Made by a program: the position numbers and the translations under genes
In this document: piece after piece, positions 6,763-15,837 of the stretch
Numbering within the stretch: position 1 is the stretch's first letter
How the letters are laid out: every line of letters starts with the position of its first letter
Notes under the pieces: generated by a model
Database searches by the model: none
What the model saw: only the letters and a program-made list of their open reading frames with translations
Told to the model about the DNA's origin: nothing
DNA from: a virus
Taxonomy: Duplodnaviria; Caudoviricetes
Virus record (IMG/VR): IMGVR_UViG_3300027971_000062
Coordinates: 1-55,007 of that record
Reading direction: 5' to 3' (one strand)
Length of the DNA: 55,007 bases

Positions 6763-8180
6763 CTCGCAGGCCCAGGATCCACACGCTCGGCAACCAGACC
6801 CACAAGAACCCCTACGAGGTCCGCAGCGCGAGCGGCCTCGAGGGCGTGTACGCCAACGAGGGCGACGCCGAGTTCCACGCCGACGAGCTGCGCCGGTCGG
6901 GCGTTAGTGGCGTTGTCGTCGAGCGGCGCGTTCACCAGCGAGGCGGCATGGCGAGGTCGAACCCCACGGGCGACTTCGGCGGGCCTCACCCTGACTGGGC
7001 CGAGAGCAATGAGAACGCGGTGCGTGACGCGCTTGCGCGAAGCTCGACCAAGATTGCCGAGGTGTTGAAGCGTTACCCTGAGTCCGTGTCGTCGAGCGAC
7101 CGCGCGAAATATCGCAAAGACGGGCGCGAACGCGAGTCCTTTGAGCGCGCCGACTGGAAGCGCGTCTACGTGCTTACCGAGTACGGAATCGGTGATCCGT
7201 TCTCTCACGCCCACGTCTACCAGGCGTTCCAGAAGGCCGTCGAGCTCCTCAAGCGGACCACGGGCGAGGAGTGGATGTGGGACTCGATCAACCCTGGCAA
7301 GCAAGTGTTCGTGATGCTCGATCGCGAGCGTCGCAACCCCGCGGGCCTCACCGCGAAGGGCGAGCGGATGTACCGCCAGGTCAAGCGCGGCTACGAGGAG
7401 CGCGGCGAGCCCCGCGCTGCGGAGATCGCCTCGCGCACCGTCCTGTCTCGCGTTGGCAGCATCCCCGGCCTGAGGTCGAACCCTCCAGGTGCGCTCACCT
7501 CCGATCACCTCATGTTCATCGGTGCCTCACTGCGCGACGAGCTCGTCGAGGAGATTGACTCGACCGATTGGGACAACGTGGACCGCGACGGCGTGCTGTT
7601 CGCAGATCGGGCAGCGAAGGTCAAATCGTTGCTCCTGGGTGCGGCGAAGCAGGGCAAGGGGTTCGTGATCGACACGCGACGCCTCACCTCCAAGGACTAC
7701 GAGTTCCTGTCGGACAACCTCGAGGACGGCGTCGCAAGGAACATGAAGAACATCGCGGATTCGCGCGGGGTCGGCCTAGGCCAGATCGGTCGTCAGATCC
7801 GCGATTTTCGAGAGAGCATCGGCAGGTTCGGTGGAGTTCTGCCTGAGGAGAACCCCGCGCGCCGCACGAGGTCGAACCCTCCAGGTGCGCTCACCTACGG
7901 TCACTTCTACAGGACCGGGAGCCAGGACTGCGCCAACGTGATCAGCCTCGACGAGTTCGACCTGGACGGCGGCACCGCGGAGCAGATCGTGGCCGAGGCC
8001 ACGTCCGACTGGGACGACGACCTCGAGCGCGATTGGCGCAGCCAGATGGACGACGAGGACTTTGAGGGGCTCGACCCCCACGAAGCCTTTGAGCAGTGGA
8101 AGGCGGGCTGGCGAGCTCGAGCTACTCGCATCATCGCTGAGAGGCTCGAGGAGCGCAGAGACGAGGACGAGGACGAGTAG
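6759..8180 (+). CDS. Modular protein with six xxNP linkers (putative cargo polyprotein)
   Basis: HKNP, RSNP, RRNP, RSNP, EENP, RSNP separate segments; TATGAT 8 nt upstream of ATG. Confidence 0.75.
   Translation: MTRRPRIHTLGNQTHKNPYEVRSASGLEGVYANEGDAEFHADELRRSGVSGVVVERRVHQRGGMARSNPTGDFGGPHPDWAESNENAVRDALARSSTKIAEVLKRYPESVSSSDRAKYRKDGRERESFERADWKRVYVLTEYGIGDPFSHAHVYQAFQKAVELLKRTTGEEWMWDSINPGKQVFVMLDRERRNPAGLTAKGERMYRQVKRGYEERGEPRAAEIASRTVLSRVGSIPGLRSNPPGALTSDHLMFIGASLRDELVEEIDSTDWDNVDRDGVLFADRAAKVKSLLLGAAKQGKGFVIDTRRLTSKDYEFLSDNLEDGVARNMKNIADSRGVGLGQIGRQIRDFRESIGRFGGVLPEENPARRTRSNPPGALTYGHFYRTGSQDCANVISLDEFDLDGGTAEQIVAEATSDWDDDLERDWRSQMDDEDFEGLDPHEAFEQWKAGWRARATRIIAERLEERRDEDEDE
7472..7896 (+). 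repeat. Perfect 29-bp direct repeat GAGGTCGAACCCTCCAGGTGCGCTCACCT
   Basis: Copies at 7472-7500 and 7868-7896, both encoding RSNPPGALT. Confidence 0.9.
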
Positions 8181-8182
8181 CT

Positions 8183-8719
8183 ATGGCCCGCTGGCCGACG
8201 GGACCGTTCTCAACGCATCGCACCGGCTGCTACGGCTGCAAGCGCATGTCGTCAGCGGACGGCGGGTGCGGCGTCCACGGCTACCCCTGCACGCACTGGG
8301 GCATGGACCTGTTCGCGGGGTCTGACCGTCGCGTCGTCGCGCCAGAGAGCGGTGTGGTTGTCGCGGTCGCGAACGGGTCGTCGCCTCCCTGGTCGGGATT
8401 TGGCCCCGGCGTCGTCGTCATCCGGGGTGCCAGCGGCGTGTTTCACCTGTTGTCGCACCTTGAGTTCTCGTCGATCCAGGTTGGCGTCGGGCTTCCGGTC
8501 TCTGAGGGCACGCCGATCGGCCAGTACGACGCGCGCATCGCGCACACCCACTACGAGGTGAGGCGCAAGCTGACGGGTCCGTCTGCCGAGAACACGATCG
8601 ATCCCAGCGTCTGGCTCAAGGCCCAGGGCGGGTCGAGTGGCGGGCTCGGCAAGCTCGTGCTCCTGGCAGGGCTGTTCGGGGCCGGGGTCTACCTGTCTCG
8701 TCGGCTGTCACCCGCCTAG
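8183..8719 (+). CDS. M23-family peptidase with C-terminal TM anchor
   Basis: HWGMD (HxxxD), LSHL and HTHYEV (HxH); Gly linker, TM, RR. Confidence 0.85.
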   Translation: MARWPTGPFSTHRTGCYGCKRMSSADGGCGVHGYPCTHWGMDLFAGSDRRVVAPESGVVVAVANGSSPPWSGFGPGVVVIRGASGVFHLLSHLEFSSIQVGVGLPVSEGTPIGQYDARIAHTHYEVRRKLTGPSAENTIDPSVWLKAQGGSSGGLGKLVLLAGLFGAGVYLSRRLSPA

Positions 8720-8749
8720 CTTCGTCGGCTCCGTGATAGCCTGCGGGGC

Positions 8750-11533
8750 ATGGCTAACCTGTTCGCCAACCTCCCCGTCACGCCCGGGAATGGCAGCGGG
8801 GCCGCGGTCGATGTCTCGGCGTTCGGCTACTACAAGACGGTTTCGGTTTCGGGATCCTTCGTAGGCACCGTCACGATCGAGATCAGCAACCAGGCCGTCC
8901 CGACGCAATGGGCTCCCGTCGCGGGGTTCGGCAACGCGGACGGCGCGAACCTCGGCGTCGCAGCTCACTGGATGCGCGCCACGGTCACGGGCTACGTGCG
9001 CGGCGTGCCGACGTGCGATGTGGGCGGCACGGACGAGGGCGCGGCCTTCGCGAGCCTGCCGGTGACGCCGGGCGACGGCGCAGGCGCGGCCATCGATGTG
9101 AGCTCGCTGCCGCTGCTCAAGACCATCACGGTCGGCGGTCCGTTCCGGGGCTACGTCCAGATCGAGGTCAGCGAGGACGGGCTCGCACGCTGGTCGCAGA
9201 TCGGCTTCGGGTTCAACAACCCGGGCTCCGAGAGCCAGCAGATCGTCGCGCGGTACATGCGCGTCGTCCGTTCGGGCGTGCCGCAACTCGACCCTGGGCT
9301 ACCAGTCGTCAACGTCGGCGCCTGCGCCATCGCGACGGGCGGCGGCGGTGCCACGATCATCGTCGAGGACGAGGGCGTCCCGGTCGCGGGCGGGCCGTTC
9401 TCCACGCTCGACTTCGTGGGCGAGGGCGTCGTCGCGAGCGGCGGCGGCGGTACCGCGACCATCACGATCCCGCGCACGGTCGCGGTCGATGGCACGACCA
9501 TCACGGGCGACGGCAGCACGGGCTCGCCACTCGCGGTCGATCCGGCGGGTCTCGCGGGCCTGGTCGCCGTCGCGGTCGATGGCACGACCATCACGGGCGA
9601 CGGCACGGCGGGCAACCCGCTCGTCGCGGTGATCCCGCCCGACACCGGGATCACGCAGCTCACGACCGACGTGCTCGCGGGGCCAGGGTCAGGCACGCAG
9701 GCCGCGACCGTCATCGCGCTGCAAGGCAACGCGGTGACCGCCGCCGTGCCAGCCGCCAACGACGTGCTGACGTGGAACGGCGCAGCCTGGGCGCCTGCGG
9801 CGACGGCGACGACGGGCATCACGCAGCTAACCAACGACGTGACGGCGGGACCGGGCACGGGCACGCAGGCCGCGACCGTGACGGCCCTCCAAGGCAACCC
9901 CGTCGCCATCGCCGCGCCGGTCAACGCGCAAGTGCTGACGTGGAACGGCTCGGCGTGGGTTCCCGGTAGCGTGTCGTCGGGCTCGTCGGGCGGCGGCGGC
10001 GTGATCTACTACCTGAACCAGGGCACCGCGCCCCAGGCACCGACGGTCAACCTGCCGGCGGGCGTGCGGCAGTTCGGGCAGGTCGCGGAGATCGCGGGCG
10101 CGACCGTGACCTCGGGCGTGCTGCCGACCGTCGGCAACATTGTCGTCGCGAGCTTCGTCACCGACGTGAACGTGCCGGGGTTGACCGCCATCCCGGCGGG
10201 CATCTGGGACTACAACGTGTGGGCGCAGTCCGCGACCAGCACGACGCCGGGCGAGATCCTGCTGATCTACGAGGTCTACGTCTACGATGGTGTCAACCCG
10301 CCGACGCTGATCGACGCCTCGCCCGACATCCCGCTGTTCGATCCGACCAGCCTGATTCAGTACATCGGCTCGGCCATCGTGCCGCAGACGCCGATCCTGG
10401 TGACCGACCGGATCTTCGTCGAGATCCACGCCTACGCCACGACGCCGGGGCAGACGGTCACGATCGCGTTCGGCGGCTCGTACCCGTCGCACGTCCACAC
10501 CACGCTGCCGTCGATCGCGGGCACGGGCATCGCGCACGTCGTCAACGGCGCGTTCGTCTCGCCGGCTGCGCCGGTCATCTTGTCGTCGGCCATCGAGGTC
10601 ACGGGCGTGCTGCCGATCGCCAACGGCGGCACCAACACCGCGACCGCGCCCGCCAACGGCGAGCTGCTGATCGGCAACGCGGGCAGCTACAACGTTGCGA
10701 GCCTGACGGCGGGCAGCAACATCACGATCACGCCTGGCCCCGGCGCGGTCACCGTCGCGGCGGCACCCTACGCGGTGATCTTCGACGACGCGGTGCCAGG
10801 CGCCAACCTGTCGATCCGCAGCGACCGCGCGATCCAGAGCCCGATCAACAACGCGCTGCCCGCGATCACGAACCTGGGCAGTCAGACGAACGTGCTCAAC
10901 CCCGCAGCCACGGGCGCGACGGGCGAGGGCTCGACGATCGGCGGCGGCATTGACAACAGCGCGAGCGGCTACGGCGCGACGGTGCCGGGCGGCGGCGGCA
11001 ACACGGCGACCGGCGACTACGCACACGCGCAGGGCTTGCTCGCGACCGCGCTGCGCGAGACGCAGCACAGCCTCGCGGCAGGGCTCGACCTGTCCGCGCT
11101 GGGCGGCGGCGTGGCGCATGGCCCGCCCCAGACCTCGCACCTCGTGCTGCGCGGCTCCACGAAGGGCGGCGGACTCTTCGAGAGCGTCGAGCTTGGGTTT
11201 GGACTCGTCGGCACGCCGGGCATCGAGTTGCAGAAAGGCGTCGCGTACCTGTTCAAGGTCCAGGCGCTCGCGTTCGGCATCTACTCCGGTGGCCCCTACG
11301 GTTCGCGTGCGTATGAGCTAGCGTTCACCGCCTACAGCCTGGGTGCCGCCCCCGTCATCAGCGCGCTGGGACCGGGCGCGATCTACGGTGACCCGTTCTC
11401 GCAGACCTGGACGCTGACCTTGAGCACGCCCGCCGCGCCCGATCGGATCGCGCTAACCTTCGACACGGGGTCCAGCCAATCGGAGTGCTGGGTCGTCGCG
11501 CGGGTCGACTTCACCGAATATCGATTCATCTAA
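8750..11533 (+). CDS. Large spike/fibre-like receptor-binding protein
   Basis: 927 aa, G/T/V/A-rich; duplicated N-terminal domain shared with three other genes; two VAVDGTTITGDG repeats, two GITQLT..VLTWNG.AW repeats, TGVLPIANGGT fibre motif. Confidence 0.75.
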   Translation: MANLFANLPVTPGNGSGAAVDVSAFGYYKTVSVSGSFVGTVTIEISNQAVPTQWAPVAGFGNADGANLGVAAHWMRATVTGYVRGVPTCDVGGTDEGAAFASLPVTPGDGAGAAIDVSSLPLLKTITVGGPFRGYVQIEVSEDGLARWSQIGFGFNNPGSESQQIVARYMRVVRSGVPQLDPGLPVVNVGACAIATGGGGATIIVEDEGVPVAGGPFSTLDFVGEGVVASGGGGTATITIPRTVAVDGTTITGDGSTGSPLAVDPAGLAGLVAVAVDGTTITGDGTAGNPLVAVIPPDTGITQLTTDVLAGPGSGTQAATVIALQGNAVTAAVPAANDVLTWNGAAWAPAATATTGITQLTNDVTAGPGTGTQAATVTALQGNPVAIAAPVNAQVLTWNGSAWVPGSVSSGSSGGGGVIYYLNQGTAPQAPTVNLPAGVRQFGQVAEIAGATVTSGVLPTVGNIVVASFVTDVNVPGLTAIPAGIWDYNVWAQSATSTTPGEILLIYEVYVYDGVNPPTLIDASPDIPLFDPTSLIQYIGSAIVPQTPILVTDRIFVEIHAYATTPGQTVTIAFGGSYPSHVHTTLPSIAGTGIAHVVNGAFVSPAAPVILSSAIEVTGVLPIANGGTNTATAPANGELLIGNAGSYNVASLTAGSNITITPGPGAVTVAAAPYAVIFDDAVPGANLSIRSDRAIQSPINNALPAITNLGSQTNVLNPAATGATGEGSTIGGGIDNSASGYGATVPGGGGNTATGDYAHAQGLLATALRETQHSLAAGLDLSALGGGVAHGPPQTSHLVLRGSTKGGGLFESVELGFGLVGTPGIELQKGVAYLFKVQALAFGIYSGGPYGSRAYELAFTAYSLGAAPVISALGPGAIYGDPFSQTWTLTLSTPAAPDRIALTFDTGSSQSECWVVARVDFTEYRFI

Positions 11534-11542
11534 GGGGACGCG

Positions 11543-11995
11543 ATGGCCGCACCTGATTACAGCATCGTTCTCCCCGAAGCGGGCGATCCGCCGACGCAAC
11601 CTGATGTCGTCAAGGTCTTCGCCAAAGAGGACGCGGGCGTCTCGCAACTGTTCGCCCTCGCGAGCGATGGCACGGTCACGCAGCTCACGCCGGGCAGCGC
11701 GAGCTTCCCGCGCCCCAGCGTGGCGGGCGATGCGGTCGTCGCGGTGTCCAACATCGTGCCCGGTACGCAGGTTATCGCCGCGAACGCGAACCGGCGGGGG
11801 CTCATGATCGGCAACTGCGCGGGCGGGCGCACGATCTACCTGCGCCTCGGCGCGACGGCGGCGACCGCCAGCCAGTACGCGGTCGCACTCGCGCCCGGCG
11901 CGACCTACGAGCTACCGTTCCCGACCTACACGGGCGCGATCCAGGCGCTCGCGAGCGGCGGGGGCGCGAGCGTCCTCGTGCAGGAGCTAACGTAG
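11543..11995 (+). CDS. Small beta-rich putative structural protein
   Basis: GGGG RBS; ANANRRGLMIGN...IYLRLG...LAPGATYEL...YTGAIQA. Confidence 0.7.
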   Translation: MAAPDYSIVLPEAGDPPTQPDVVKVFAKEDAGVSQLFALASDGTVTQLTPGSASFPRPSVAGDAVVAVSNIVPGTQVIAANANRRGLMIGNCAGGRTIYLRLGATAATASQYAVALAPGATYELPFPTYTGAIQALASGGGASVLVQELT

Positions 11996-11996
11996 C

Positions 11997-12275
11997 ATGG
12001 CGATCTCGGACACGGTCGTCGCGGTGCCTGCCGTCGCGCCGGGCACGCAGATCGTCGCCGCGAACCCGGCACGGCTCGGCCTCACCGTCGGCAACTCGAC
12101 GGGCGGGCGGATCATCTACCTGCGCCTGGGGGCCACCGCGCCGACGAGCACGCGCTACGTCGTCGCGCTCGCGCCCGGCGCCAGTTACGAGTTACCCTAC
12201 CCCGCGTACACGGGCGCGATCCAAGCTCGCGCGAGCGGCGCGGGTGCGAGCGTGCTCGTGCAGGAGCTTACCTAA
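11997..12275 (+). CDS. Tandem paralog of the C-terminal domain of ORF 11543
   Basis: Near-identical IYLRLGATA...VALAPGA.YELP.P.YTGAIQA.ASG.GASVLVQELT. Confidence 0.8.
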   Translation: MAISDTVVAVPAVAPGTQIVAANPARLGLTVGNSTGGRIIYLRLGATAPTSTRYVVALAPGASYELPYPAYTGAIQARASGAGASVLVQELT

Positions 12276-12646
12276 TGCCCGCGTTTGGCCCCAGTTTCAT
12301 CAGCCCGTCGATCACGTTGCTCGCCAAGCCGATCACGGCGGCGACGGGCACGACCGCGCTCATCGCGGGCGTGGCCGGTCAGCGGATCTACGTCTACGGC
12401 TACCAACTGTCGGCGTACAAGGCGCCCTACGTCTGGTTCGTCGATGGCGTGACGATCCTGACCGGCGCGATCGTCGCGCCGGAAGTGTCCGCGAGCGTGG
12501 CCCCGCCGAGCTTTCTGTTCGCGACGGCAGCGGGCGCGGGCCTGAGCATCACCTCGACGCCCCCGTTTCAGGACGATGCGTTTCAACCCTCGGCGTTCGA
12601 CGGTGCGATCACCGTGTTCGGAACCGTCTTCTACTGGCAGGAATAA
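12275..12646 (+). CDS. Small beta-rich putative structural protein
   Basis: TAATG overlap; T/A/G/V-rich; lies in the spike operon. Confidence 0.7.
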   Translation: MPAFGPSFISPSITLLAKPITAATGTTALIAGVAGQRIYVYGYQLSAYKAPYVWFVDGVTILTGAIVAPEVSASVAPPSFLFATAAGAGLSITSTPPFQDDAFQPSAFDGAITVFGTVFYWQE

Positions 12647-12649
12647 CCC

Positions 12650-13288
12650 ATGGCGATCAAGCACAACTTCACGTCCCTCAAGCCCGACAGCGGCGATCCC
12701 ACGCTCGTCCGCCCCTCCAACTGGAACGACGGGCACCTGATCGAGTCGGGCTCGGTCACCCTCGACGGGCTCGCCGCCGACGCGCGCGGCTGGGAGTTTC
12801 TCGGCTCGACCGAGCTTGTCGCCAACGCGCCGAACACCGCGACGGTGACCATCGCGGCTCGCGAAATGCTGATGGTCCAGTTCGTCGTCACGGGCTACGC
12901 GGGCAACGACATCGCGAGCTTCCAGTTCAACGCCGACACGGGCAATAACTACTCGTCGCGCTTCCTCTACGCGGCGAGCGGCGGCGTGGCGTGGACGAAC
13001 CAGGAGAACCTCTCGACGAACCGGATCGGCACCGGCCCGATCGGGATTGCGCTCGGGCGCTCGGGCACCCTGAACATCACGAACATCCTGGCGCGCAACA
13101 AGGTGATCGCGATGAACGTCACCGAGGCAGGCACCAACGCCGCGACCGCTGCGCCGCGCATCACGCTCGCGCAGGGCATGTGGTTCAACACCGCTGCCCA
13201 GATCACGAGCCTCCGCATGTACGACCCGACGGGCATCAACCTGCTCGTCGGCACAGGGTTCGCGGTCTGGGGAAAGAACATGATCTAA
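12650..13288 (+). CDS. Putative fibre/spike-associated protein
   Basis: AGGA RBS; MAIKH...VRPSNWNDGH N-terminus followed by a beta-sandwich-like domain. Confidence 0.7.
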   Translation: MAIKHNFTSLKPDSGDPTLVRPSNWNDGHLIESGSVTLDGLAADARGWEFLGSTELVANAPNTATVTIAAREMLMVQFVVTGYAGNDIASFQFNADTGNNYSSRFLYAASGGVAWTNQENLSTNRIGTGPIGIALGRSGTLNITNILARNKVIAMNVTEAGTNAATAAPRITLAQGMWFNTAAQITSLRMYDPTGINLLVGTGFAVWGKNMI

Positions 13289-13289
13289 G

Positions 13290-13514
13290 ATGAAGATCAC
13301 CTACACTCAGCCCGCCGAGCGCGGCGTGACGACCCTGATGTACGTCGGGGACGACCAGGCGGTCGAGAAGGCGACCGCGGCGCCGAGCTCCACCGAGCTG
13401 CTGGTCGGTGCCCTCGCGGCGCACCTCGCCCTGAGTGCTCGAGGCGTTGCGCGTCTCGCGACCGGCGGCTACGCGGCGTACATCGCCTACCGGCTGCTCA
13501 AGTCGTCGCGATAG
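13290..13514 (+). CDS. Small membrane protein
   Basis: LMYVGD motif followed by hydrophobic helices. Confidence 0.65.
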   Translation: MKITYTQPAERGVTTLMYVGDDQAVEKATAAPSSTELLVGALAAHLALSARGVARLATGGYAAYIAYRLLKSSR

Positions 13515-14082
13515 GCGCGGGCAGGCGGGGCAGCGGTCCCCGGTACAGGACGAGCTTGGGCGTCGAGTCGGACCAGACGCGAGCCCCGTGGGTGGCTCCG
13601 GGAGGGCGACGCGCGGAGCGGCCCGTCGTCAACCCTAGGGAGCGAAACCCTGCCCGCCGGTAGGCGTAGCCCGCGACGTGATCCTCGCGCTCGCCTCCGA
13701 CCTCGCCGGGGTCCACCAGGGTTTCCAGGTGGAGCGGCATCCACCCGTACCGCGCCTCCCAGTCGCCCAGGAACACGGGCAGAAGCTGACGCAACACGTC
13801 GGAGGCTGCGGGCTCCGGGGCGGCGCGCTCGAGGCGGAAGATGAAGTTCGCGACGGTCAGCGGCGCGGGCCTGGCGTCCTCGAGGCCGAGCCGGCGACGC
13901 GGGGCGAGCTTGTAGGCGGGCTCACCCAGGCCAAACCAGCCGATGGTCTCGTCGTCGAGGGCGATGCGCCACGCCATCTTCTTACCGGGGGGGGCACCGC
14001 GCGAGCGTGTGTAGTGCCTGTGGATGGCGGCGACGAAGTCAGGGTGCCAGGTCGAGATCGCGCAGCAGGTCAGCTCGCTCAC
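13498..14082 (-). CDS. DUF4338/Mom-like protein
   Basis: RHY, LAPRRR, DWEARYGWMPLHLETLVDP and GYAYRRAGFRSLGLTTGR match the DUF4338 pattern as I recall it; GTGA overlap with the recombinase stop. Confidence 0.6.
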   Translation of the reverse strand: MSELTCCAISTWHPDFVAAIHRHYTRSRGAPPGKKMAWRIALDDETIGWFGLGEPAYKLAPRRRLGLEDARPAPLTVANFIFRLERAAPEPAASDVLRQLLPVFLGDWEARYGWMPLHLETLVDPGEVGGEREDHVAGYAYRRAGFRSLGLTTGRSARRPPGATHGARVWSDSTPKLVLYRGPLPRLPAPIATT

Positions 14083-15023
14083 TCGGCCTCCTCGATCTCT
14101 GGCATCTGCTCAAACGCCTGGCGTCCTCGCCACGCGGTGCGGTCGTACAGGCGCGTGGTCGCAGGGTCAGCGTGCCCCGCGGCCTCCTGCTTGGCCTCGA
14201 GGCCCGCCCGGTTGAACGTCAGGAAGGCCACGCGAAGCATGTGCGGCGAGAATCGCCCCGTCACCTTCGCGCGGTCGGCTCGAGCTCGCAGCATCCGCCA
14301 CAGGCCCCGGTCGGTGAGGGCGCCTCGCTTGGTTCGCCACAGCGGGCCGGCTGTGAGGCCCGCAGCGCGCAGCACATCCAGCCACGCGGCAAGCGCGGTC
14401 GCAGCCTGGCCCCGGATCAGCAGGCGGATCCGCTTGTCGCCCTTTGCCGTCACCTCGGTCTGGTAGCCCTCGCGATCCTCCTCAAGGGCGTCGATGGTCA
14501 TCGCGACCGCGGAGCTGCGCCGGATGCCTGTGGCCCACAGGACGCGAATCAGGGCGCGATCGCGAACCCCCAGCGGGGAGTCGTCGCACGTCGCGAGGAG
14601 CTTGGCGACCACGTCGGGCCTGGCGACGGGGGTTGGCCTGCGCGGGTTCCCGCGCTCGCGACGCGGCCCGTCGTCGATTGAGAAGGGGTTGCGGCCCTCG
14701 ACGACCGGCGGTAGCTCCTTGCCTTCCTGATCGTAGAGCTCGCGTCGGAGCTCGCGGTAGATGCTGGCGAGGCTCGAGATACGCCTGGTGCGGGTCTTGG
14801 GCTGGATCCCGGCCTCGCGCATCTCGTCGATCCACGCCGAGACCTCCTGACGCCGCGGGGACCGAGGGTCGATGCCCCGGCGACCACAGAACGCGAGCCA
14901 TTGCTGCACGTCGCGCCAGTAGGCGTCCAGGGTGTTCCGGTTCTTACTGATCTGACCGAGCGCGAGCCCGACCATTGCCTCAAAGCTGCCGGTTTCGACA
15001 TGAACCTGAAGGCTGCGCTTCAT
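14079..15023 (-). CDS. Tyrosine recombinase (XerC/D-like integrase or resolvase)
   Basis: N-terminal SAM-like region (NTLDAYWRD); RDRAL...TGIRRS, KGDK, PHMLR, AGHAD, TTRLY catalytic set. Confidence 0.92.
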   Translation of the reverse strand: MKRSLQVHVETGSFEAMVGLALGQISKNRNTLDAYWRDVQQWLAFCGRRGIDPRSPRRQEVSAWIDEMREAGIQPKTRTRRISSLASIYRELRRELYDQEGKELPPVVEGRNPFSIDDGPRRERGNPRRPTPVARPDVVAKLLATCDDSPLGVRDRALIRVLWATGIRRSSAVAMTIDALEEDREGYQTEVTAKGDKRIRLLIRGQAATALAAWLDVLRAAGLTAGPLWRTKRGALTDRGLWRMLRARADRAKVTGRFSPHMLRVAFLTFNRAGLEAKQEAAGHADPATTRLYDRTAWRGRQAFEQMPEIEEAE

Positions 15024-15265
15024 AGCTTGCTGTCGATAGCATCAAGCTCGACCTGGATCCTGCGAAGCCTCTGCAAGGACTTAAGTCTTGCAACGTCCCT
15101 CCACACCTCCGCGGACACCTCGACCTCCGAGGAGTCGATCTCTGCGTTGTATGCCACGAAATAGGAGGGGTTGCCGTTGCGGTCGATGTGGATCGTCAGA
15201 AACGTAATGTCGTCTTCGCTGTTTGCTTCGACCGCAACTAGGGCGTCCTCGGGTTCTGTTGACAT
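15020..15265 (-). CDS. Small acidic hypothetical protein
   Basis: 81 aa from ATG 15265 after AT-rich CATAATACTAATT; ATGA overlap with the recombinase start. Confidence 0.55.
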   Translation of the reverse strand: MSTEPEDALVAVEANSEDDITFLTIHIDRNGNPSYFVAYNAEIDSSEVEVSAEVWRDVARLKSLQRLRRIQVELDAIDSKL

Positions 15266-15395
15266 AATTAGTATTATGGACCCTTCCCAGGCGCGATTCA
15301 AGCCGGGGTGGCGCCCCGGCTCGTGAGCGAGACGAACCAATCGTAGCAACCGTAGCGAGCGTAGCGCCCGGCTCGACCTTGAGATCGCCCAGGCG

Positions 15396-15578
15396 TCACC
15401 GCATGGCGCGCAGGATGGCGGCGCCCACCAGCACACCCGCGATCGCCATGCTCCCGGCGATTGCCATGCGCTTGGCGGTCCCGGTCGGCGGGACGGTGAC
15501 GTAGTGCTGGGACACGGGCAGCTCGATGGCTGCAACGACGGCCCCGGCGGCGAGGGCGAGCTTGGTGTTATCGGTCAT
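15396..15578 (-). CDS. Small hydrophobic protein (60 aa)
   Basis: MTDNTKLALAAG...GAAILRAMR; TACACT 7 nt upstream; paralog of ORF 15617. Confidence 0.75.
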   Translation of the reverse strand: MTDNTKLALAAGAVVAAIELPVSQHYVTVPPTGTAKRMAIAGSMAIAGVLVGAAILRAMR

Positions 15579-15616
15579 GCTGCCGAGTGTACCTAGCGGC
15601 GCAAGCCGAGTGCTGG

Positions 15617-15796
15617 CTACCGCAGGGCGCGCAGGATGGCCGAGGCGACCAGGACGCCAGCCACGCCCATGACCCCGGCGACAGCCATTCGTCTGGCGAT
15701 GTTCGCGGGTGGGATCCTGCTGTAGTGGGACTTGAGCAGCTCGATGGCAGCGACCGCTGCTACCTCGGTCAGCCCAAACTTCGTCTGCTCGGTCAT
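15617..15796 (-). CDS. Small hydrophobic protein (59 aa, not in ORF track)
   Basis: Hand translation MTEQTKFGLTEVAAVAAIELLKSHYSRIPPANIARRMAVAGVMGVAGVLVASAILRALR; TACACT 7 nt upstream. Confidence 0.75.
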   Translation of the reverse strand: MTEQTKFGLTEVAAVAAIELLKSHYSRIPPANIARRMAVAGVMGVAGVLVASAILRALR

Positions 15797-15837
15797 GCCG
15801 CCGAGTGTACAGCGACACGGCGGCTGTCAGCCGTCGC

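Noticed and set aside
15300-15395. Three CGTAGC repeats upstream of the recombinase operon as attP arm sites
   Set aside because: Too short and GC-rich to support; no core or host-matching sequence can be tested here
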